Shown piece after piece: positions 6,788 to 11,803 of a DNA stretch of 11,803 nt (position 1 is its first letter; each line of letters starts with the position of its first letter). Origin of the DNA: Alphaproteobacteria bacterium. Lineage in GTDB: Bacteria; Pseudomonadota; Alphaproteobacteria; UBA828. A program made the translations under genes and the position numbers. The notes beneath the pieces were generated by a model. The model saw only the letters and a list, made by a program, of their open reading frames with translations, was not told the DNA's origin and searched no databases. The stretch is taken from assembly GCA_963667785.2 (NCBI GenBank), contig CAXXMU010000011.1:1-11803 (forward strand), written 5' to 3'.

Positions 6788-7642
6788 ATGGCGATGCGAC
6801 TGGAAGCAGCATTGCGCGACACGCTGCGAGGCTGGCATGAGGATGTCGAGCCAGCCTGGGGCGACGTCGTCCGAAGCGTCGCGTTGGCCTACGGGGACGT
6901 GGATTCAACACTCGAGATCGAGCCCTGGGAGCCGATCTTCCCGGCCCGGCGCGGCGCCGTCTTCCCCGGCGCGCCGGCGGGCGCGCACATGCTTCGCGCG
7001 TTCGACGGGATCGCGCCGGCGGACGTGCGCTGCGTGATCCTGGGCCAGGACCCCTATCCCTGCCCGGCCTTCGCCACCGGCCGGGCCTTCGAGGCCGGCA
7101 ACGTCGCGCACTGGCGGGAGCTCGACAAGATGTTCTCGCCCAGCGTCCGCGCCTTCATCCAGGCGATCGTCGCCGCGCGCACCGGTGAAGCCCGCCATGC
7201 CCGGCGCTTCGCCGACTGGCCGGCGACGCTCTCCGCCATCGAGTCCGGCGCGATCGATCTGGAGGCGCCCGAAGCACTGGTTGACCGCTGGGTCGGGTCC
7301 GGCGTGCTGCTGCTCAACACTTCGCTCACGCTCTCGCGCTTCCAACGCGACGTCGATCCCCACCAGCGGCGGGGGCACCTGCCTCTGTGGCGTCCCCTGA
7401 TGGTCCGGGTGATCGAGCATCTGGCCGGGGCGGGAACGCCCGTGGTCTTTGTCGGTTTCGGCGATGCGGCGGCGGAGACCCTGGCTGCGGCGAGACTGGG
7501 CGGATCGGGTGCGGCCACCGCAGCGCGCGTCATCCTGCGGCCGCACCCGGCCGAGGCCGACGCGTTCCTCGCAATGGAGAATCCGTTCACGCTCTGCAAC
7601 CGGCGCCTGCAGGCGATAGGCGCCGCAGCGGTGGACTGGTAG
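6788..7642 (+). CDS. Divergent family-1 uracil-DNA glycosylase (UNG)-like protein
   Basis: Collinear with E. coli Ung motifs: VILGQDPY (GQDPYP at 7043-7060), A-x-G-x-AF, SPS (Ung PPS), W...GVLLLNT-x-LT, H...W, VVF-x-x-FG, PHP, and N-x-F...N..L...G...VDW at the C-terminus. The start could be 6788 or 6794. No gene symbol given because key DNA-binding residues differ. Confidence 0.85.
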   Translation: MAMRLEAALRDTLRGWHEDVEPAWGDVVRSVALAYGDVDSTLEIEPWEPIFPARRGAVFPGAPAGAHMLRAFDGIAPADVRCVILGQDPYPCPAFATGRAFEAGNVAHWRELDKMFSPSVRAFIQAIVAARTGEARHARRFADWPATLSAIESGAIDLEAPEALVDRWVGSGVLLLNTSLTLSRFQRDVDPHQRRGHLPLWRPLMVRVIEHLAGAGTPVVFVGFGDAAAETLAAARLGGSGAATAARVILRPHPAEADAFLAMENPFTLCNRRLQAIGAAAVDW

Positions 7643-7645
7643 GCG

Positions 7646-9304
7646 ATGGCCCGCGCGCGCTCCTTCGACTACGTCATCGTCGGCGCGGGCTCGGCGGGAT
7701 GCGTGCTCGCCAACAGGCTGTCCGCCGATCCCGATCGCTCGGTGCTGCTGATCGAGGCCGGCGGGAAGGACCGCAACCCCCTGCTTCGACTGCCCATGCT
7801 GATGGGCAGGCTCTTCCACTCCGGCATCTACAACTGGCGCTACCACACCGAGCCGGTGCCGGGCCTGGGCGGCCGCTCGCTCTACTGGCCGCGCGGCAAG
7901 GTGCTCGGCGGCTCGTCCACCATCAACGGCATGGTCTACGTGCGCGGCAACCGCCACGACTACGACCGCTGGGCGCAGATGGGCCTGGCCGGCTGGTCCT
8001 ACGACGAGGTGCTGCCGGCCTTCCACCGCTCGGAAGGGCATATCGAGCGGGACGATGCCTATCACGGGACCGGTGGCGCGCTCACGGTTTGCCGCGCGCG
8101 CGGGACAAGTCCGCTGTTCGACGCTTTCCTCGAGGCGGGCGCCGAGGCCGGCTGGCCAGTCAACGACGACTTCAACGGGGCGGAGCAGGAGGGCTTCGGG
8201 CGTTACGACTTCACCATCAGGCGGGGCAGACGCTGCTCCACGTCCGTCGCCTTCCTGCGCCCGGTCCGGCGCCGGCGGAACCTGACGGTCCTCACCGACT
8301 GCCTCGTGCGCCGTGTCGTGGTCGAGGGCGGCCGCGCGACCGGCGTCGAGGTGGCGGAGGGAGCCGGCGCGCGCACCATCCATGCGGAGCGCGAGGTCAT
8401 CCTCTGCGGCGGCACGGTCAACACGCCGCAGCTTCTCATGCTCTCGGGCATCGGTCCGGGCGACGCGCTGAAGCGACACGGCATCGCCGTGGTCCACGAG
8501 CTCCCCGGTGTCGGCCGCAACCTCCAGGACCACGTCGACTGCGTCATCGCCTACGCCTGCACCGAGCCGATCACCCTCTACCGCGAGCTTCGGGCCGACC
8601 GCATGGTCCGCGCCGTGGCGGCGGGGTTGCTGTTCGGTCGCGGCATCGCCACCACCTTCCCTTACGAGGCCGGGGCCTTCCTCAAGACCCGGCCGGACCT
8701 GCTGGCGCCGGACATCCAGGTGCACTTCATGCCGGCGCTGGAGAGCACGGCGAACCTCCACATCCCCAATCCGCTCAGGAAGACCCCGCTGGAGGAGGCC
8801 CACGGCTTCACTCTGCGTGTCGGCCCCATCGTGCCCGAGAGCCGGGGGTGGATCGGGCTCCGCTCCGCCGACCCCGCAGCGCCGGCGCTGATCCAGCCCA
8901 ACTACCTGGAGGACGAGGCCGACTGCCGCACAACCGTCGCCGGCATCCGCATGGTGCGCGACGTGATCGCGCAGCCCGCCTTCGCCGCCTATCGCGGTGC
9001 TGAGCTTGCGCCGGGCGATGCGCTGCAGAGCGACGCCGAGCTCACGGCCTGGCTCCGCGCCAACGCGATGACGACCTTCCACCCCGTCGGCACCTGCCGC
9101 ATGGGCACCGACCCGATGGCGGTGGTGGACGCGCGGCTCGCGGTCCACGGCATTGACGGGCTCAGGGTCGCCGATGCCTCCGTCATGCCCGTCATCACGA
9201 GCGGCAACACCAACGCGCCGGCCATCATGATCGGCGAGAAGGCCGCCCAGTTCGTCGCCGGCAGCGACGAAGCGCACGTATCATCGGAAGGAGTCCAGCA
9301 ATGA
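7646..9304 (+). CDS. GMC-family flavin oxidoreductase (choline dehydrogenase-like, substrate unknown)
   Basis: DYVIVGAGSAG, RGKVLGGSSTINGMVYVRG, PQLLMLSGIG, GVGRNLQDH, catalytic His in TTFHPVGTCRMG (codon 9080-9082), LRVADASVMP and GNTNAP (His/Asn pair). Confidence 0.93.
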   Translation: MARARSFDYVIVGAGSAGCVLANRLSADPDRSVLLIEAGGKDRNPLLRLPMLMGRLFHSGIYNWRYHTEPVPGLGGRSLYWPRGKVLGGSSTINGMVYVRGNRHDYDRWAQMGLAGWSYDEVLPAFHRSEGHIERDDAYHGTGGALTVCRARGTSPLFDAFLEAGAEAGWPVNDDFNGAEQEGFGRYDFTIRRGRRCSTSVAFLRPVRRRRNLTVLTDCLVRRVVVEGGRATGVEVAEGAGARTIHAEREVILCGGTVNTPQLLMLSGIGPGDALKRHGIAVVHELPGVGRNLQDHVDCVIAYACTEPITLYRELRADRMVRAVAAGLLFGRGIATTFPYEAGAFLKTRPDLLAPDIQVHFMPALESTANLHIPNPLRKTPLEEAHGFTLRVGPIVPESRGWIGLRSADPAAPALIQPNYLEDEADCRTTVAGIRMVRDVIAQPAFAAYRGAELAPGDALQSDAELTAWLRANAMTTFHPVGTCRMGTDPMAVVDARLAVHGIDGLRVADASVMPVITSGNTNAPAIMIGEKAAQFVAGSDEAHVSSEGVQQ

Positions 9305-9627
9305 TCGTCGAGCACCGGACCTACACGTTCCGCCCCGGCACGGTGGACGGCTGGCTGAAGACGTACCAGACGGAAGGCCTCCCCATCCAGAAGCGCCATC
9401 TCGGCCGCTTCGTCGGCCTCTATGTCTCCGAGATCGGTCGGCTGAACCGGATCGTCCTGATCTGGGCCTACCAGAGCCTGGCGGATCGCGAGACGCGCCG
9501 GGCCGCGATGACGGCGGACCCCGACTGGCAGGCCTTCATCCAGTCGGTCTGGGCCCTCGATGCCATCCAGGAGCAGGACGTGATGGTGATGAACCCCGCG
9601 CCCTGCTCGCCACCCATCGGCGATTGA
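9301..9627 (+). CDS. NIPSNAP family protein
   Basis: MIVEHRTYTFRPG...G-x-Y-x-SEIG-x-LN....WAY-x-SL-x-DR...R......DPDW, single domain of 108 aa. ATGA overlap with the GMC stop and SD AAGGAG at 9288-9293. Confidence 0.9.
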   Translation: MIVEHRTYTFRPGTVDGWLKTYQTEGLPIQKRHLGRFVGLYVSEIGRLNRIVLIWAYQSLADRETRRAAMTADPDWQAFIQSVWALDAIQEQDVMVMNPAPCSPPIGD

Positions 9628-9655
9628 CCGGCCCGCTGGCGGGGTGGAGGTCGTG

Positions 9656-10294
9656 GTGAGCGCCGATCGTGCCGCGCTGCTGGCGCTCCGCGCGGGCCCC
9701 GACGCGATGGCTACGGCCCTCGATTGCGTGGCGCGGGAGGACGCCGCGGTCCTGCCGCTGCTGGCACCCGCCGACTGCCGGCCCTTCATCGAGGCGGGCT
9801 CGGATCTCTCCTTCCGCAGCGCGAGGCCCGTCATCGGCGAGGGAGAGCGCGCCGTCTACCAGGATTTCGACATCTGCCTCTCGATCCCGGAGCTGCACCC
9901 GCTCTGGCGGCTCACGCAAGCCGTCGAACGGCTGGTCGCGGACGCGCTCGCCGCGATGGACGCGCCGCCGCTGGAGGCGCTGCCCCTCAACGACCTCGTG
10001 CTGCAGCGCTACCCGCCCGGTGCGCGCGGCATAACGCCGCACCGCGACCATGTGCGTTACGTCGGCCTGGTGGCGATCGTCCAGCTCAGCGGCGACGGGC
10101 ACTTCGGTCTCTGCACCGATCGCGGCGGCGCGGATTCCCGCGTACTCGAAGCCGGACCCGGCGACGGCATCCTGATGCGGGCACCCGGCTTTGGCGGGGC
10201 CCGGCACCGGCCGTTCCACTTCCTCGACGGCATCACGGTGGAGCGCTACAGCCTCGGCATGCGCTGCGACCGCACGAAAGACGCCGACACCTGA
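9656..10294 (+). CDS. AlkB-like 2-oxoglutarate/Fe(II) dioxygenase
   Basis: LQRYPPG (AlkB INRYAPG), HRD at 10040-10048, GD-x-x-x-M, distal His at 10217-10219, and RYSLGMR at 10244-10264 (AlkB RYNLTFR, R-x5-R). Start is uncertain: GTG9656 follows GGAGG 9646-9650; GTG9644 and ATG9707 are alternatives. Confidence 0.8.
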   Translation: MSADRAALLALRAGPDAMATALDCVAREDAAVLPLLAPADCRPFIEAGSDLSFRSARPVIGEGERAVYQDFDICLSIPELHPLWRLTQAVERLVADALAAMDAPPLEALPLNDLVLQRYPPGARGITPHRDHVRYVGLVAIVQLSGDGHFGLCTDRGGADSRVLEAGPGDGILMRAPGFGGARHRPFHFLDGITVERYSLGMRCDRTKDADT

Positions 10295-10326
10295 GGCTCC
10301 CGGCCGGGCAAGGCGGATCGCGCCCG

Positions 10327-10335
10327 TGCTATAGT
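10327..10335 (+). promoter_or_regulatory. Putative sigma70 extended -10 element (TG-C-TATAGT) of uvrD
   Basis: TGCTATAGT lies in the 67-bp gap, 26 nt upstream of ATG10362, and is an AT-rich island in very GC-rich DNA. No clear -35 or SD. Confidence 0.55.
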
Positions 10336-10361
10336 GGGCGAATCCTCCCGCACCGTGGCCC

Positions 10362-11803
10362 ATGAACGAGCTTTTCGATTCCGCGCCCGGCCTGTCCGCC
10401 GGTCCCGATGCCCGCCCGCCGGCGCCGATGCCCCCGTCGGCCTATCTCGACGGCCTGAATCCGGAGCAGCGCCAGGCGGCGGAAGCGCTCGACGGCCCGC
10501 TGCTCGTGCTGGCGGGCGCCGGCACCGGCAAGACCCGCGTGCTCACCACGCGGCTTGCCCACATTCTCGCCACCGGCCGCGCCCGGCCCGGTCAGGTGCT
10601 CGCTGTCACCTTCACCAACAAGGCGGCGCGCGAGATGATCGGACGCGTGGAGCGCCTGATCGGCCGCTCCGCCGCCGGCCTCTGGCTCGGCACCTTCCAC
10701 GCCATCGCGGCCCGCATCCTGCGCCGCCACGCCGAGCTCGCCGGGCTGAAGCCGGACTTCACCATTCTTGACACCGACGATCAGGTCCGCCTGCTGAAGC
10801 AGATCATCCAGGCGGCCGACATCGACGAGAAGCGCTGGCCGGCGCGGACCCTCTCCGTCATCATCCAGCGTTGGAAGGACCGGGGACTCACAGTCGACAG
10901 GGTGGCGGGCGCGGACGGCGCCGACTACGCCAACGGGCGCGCACCCGCCCTCTACGCGGCCTATCAGGAGCGGCTGCGCACCGTGAACGCCGCCGATTTC
11001 GGCGACCTGCTGCTGCACAACCTGACCCTCTTCACCAGGCATGGCGACGTGCTCGCCGACTACCAGCAGCGCTTCCGCTACCTGCTGGTGGACGAGTACC
11101 AGGACACCAACGTCGCCCAGTACCTCTGGCTCAGGCTGCTGGCGCAGACCCATCACAGCATCTGCTGCGTCGGCGACGACGACCAGTCCATCTACGGCTG
11201 GCGCGGCGCCGAGGTCGGCAACATCCTCCGCTTCGAGCAGGATTTTCCCGGCGCCCAGGTGGTCAGGCTGGAGCGCAACTACCGCTCCACCGGGCACATC
11301 CTCGCCGCCGCCTCGGGCCTGATCGCCCACAATGCCGGCCGCCTCGGCAAGACGCTCTGGACCGAGGGCGATGATGGCGAGAAGGTCCGCATCGGCGAGA
11401 GCTGGGACGGCGACGAGGAAGCCCGCGCCGTGGGCGACGCCATCGAGGCGCTGCAGCAGGGCGGCGAGAGCCTCGACAGCATCGCCATCCTCGTCCGCGC
11501 CGGCTTCCAGACCCGCGCGTTCGAAGAATGCTTCCTCACCATCGGCCTGCCCTACCGCGTGATCGGCGGCTTGCGCTTCTACGAGCGCCAGGAGGTCCGG
11601 GACGCCGTGGCCTACATCCGCGTGATGGTGCGCCCGGACGACGATCTCGCCTTCGAGCGCATCGTGAACCTGCCGAAGCGCAGCCTGGGAGAGGCTTCGC
11701 TGCGCCCCGTGCACCAGCTTGCGCGCGCAGACGGTATCTCCCTCTACCGCGCGGCGGAGCGGCTGATCGAGACCGACGAGCTCAAGCCCCGCGCCCGCAC
11801 CGC
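10362..11803 (+). CDS. uvrD: UvrD/PcrA SF1A DNA helicase (DNA helicase II); 3'-truncated at the window edge
   Basis: Translated by hand because the ORF has no stop in the window: MNELFDSAPG...YLDGLNPEQRQA, Walker A AGAGTGKT (10512-10535), TFTNKAAREM, GTFH, DFGDLL, LVDEYQDTN, VGDDDQSIYGWRGA, LERNYRS, RFYERQEVRD. Confidence 0.95.
   Translation, partial: MNELFDSAPGLSAGPDARPPAPMPPSAYLDGLNPEQRQAAEALDGPLLVLAGAGTGKTRVLTTRLAHILATGRARPGQVLAVTFTNKAAREMIGRVERLIGRSAAGLWLGTFHAIAARILRRHAELAGLKPDFTILDTDDQVRLLKQIIQAADIDEKRWPARTLSVIIQRWKDRGLTVDRVAGADGADYANGRAPALYAAYQERLRTVNAADFGDLLLHNLTLFTRHGDVLADYQQRFRYLLVDEYQDTNVAQYLWLRLLAQTHHSICCVGDDDQSIYGWRGAEVGNILRFEQDFPGAQVVRLERNYRSTGHILAAASGLIAHNAGRLGKTLWTEGDDGEKVRIGESWDGDEEARAVGDAIEALQQGGESLDSIAILVRAGFQTRAFEECFLTIGLPYRVIGGLRFYERQEVRDAVAYIRVMVRPDDDLAFERIVNLPKRSLGEASLRPVHQLARADGISLYRAAERLIETDELKPRART

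Noticed and set aside
5167-6840. Long alternative-frame + strand ORFs (5167-6840, 7387-9003, 2470-3456, 1254-2156)
   Set aside because: These are Arg/Pro/Gly-rich off-frame translations over genes that have clear family motifs.
6905-9277. 790-aa minus-strand ORF, and similar long antisense ORFs at 4895-6838, 3280-4629 and 10329-11714
   Set aside because: They are antisense shadows of well-supported + strand genes and show no recognisable motifs. Long stop-free antisense frames are expected in high-GC coding DNA.
7646-9304. Naming the GMC gene betA
   Set aside because: No betB, betI or choline transporter is in the window, and the motifs (TTFHPVGTCRMG) are generic GMC rather than BetA-specific.
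9628-9643. CCCGC-TG-GCGGG hairpin after NIPSNAP as a terminator
   Set aside because: The loop is 2 nt, the stem is 5 bp and there is no U-tract. It is likely chance in GC-rich DNA.
10295-10375. LexA box upstream of uvrD
   Set aside because: I searched for GTTC-N7-GTTC and GAAC-N7-GAAC and found no acceptable match.
1-11803. CRISPR arrays, tRNA/rRNA genes, IS elements, integrases, tandem repeats
   Set aside because: None seen by eye. The window is almost entirely coding and the largest gap is 108 bp.

Overview
High-GC window, most likely from an alphaproteobacterium (judged from the UvrD sequence style; this is inference). All 13 credible CDSs lie on the + strand, in three blocks. Block 1 (<1-6679) is a tightly coupled catabolic operon: NMT1/THI5- or TauABC-type ABC importer (binding protein, ATPase, permease), PF12831-type FAD oxidoreductase, family III CoA-transferase, enoyl-CoA hydratase, 7Fe-type ferredoxin and a terminal LysR regulator. 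Block 2 (6788-10294) follows a 108-bp AT-richer intergenic region. It encodes a divergent family-1 uracil-DNA-glycosylase-like protein that keeps the catalytic motifs but lacks the DNA-intercalating HPSPLS loop, then a GMC oxidoreductase, a NIPSNAP protein and an AlkB-like 2OG-Fe(II) oxygenase. Block 3 is the 5' part of uvrD/pcrA, which runs off the window and is missing from the ORF track. The best candidate for an undescribed system is block 2: two nucleobase-acting folds flank a GMC oxidase/NIPSNAP pair, sit behind a near-consensus alphaproteobacterial SOS box, and adjoin a THI5-like importer and a CoA-dependent catabolic module. This could be a route for handling damaged or modified nucleobases. 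All substrate assignments are hypotheses. I saw no RNA genes, CRISPR arrays or mobile elements.
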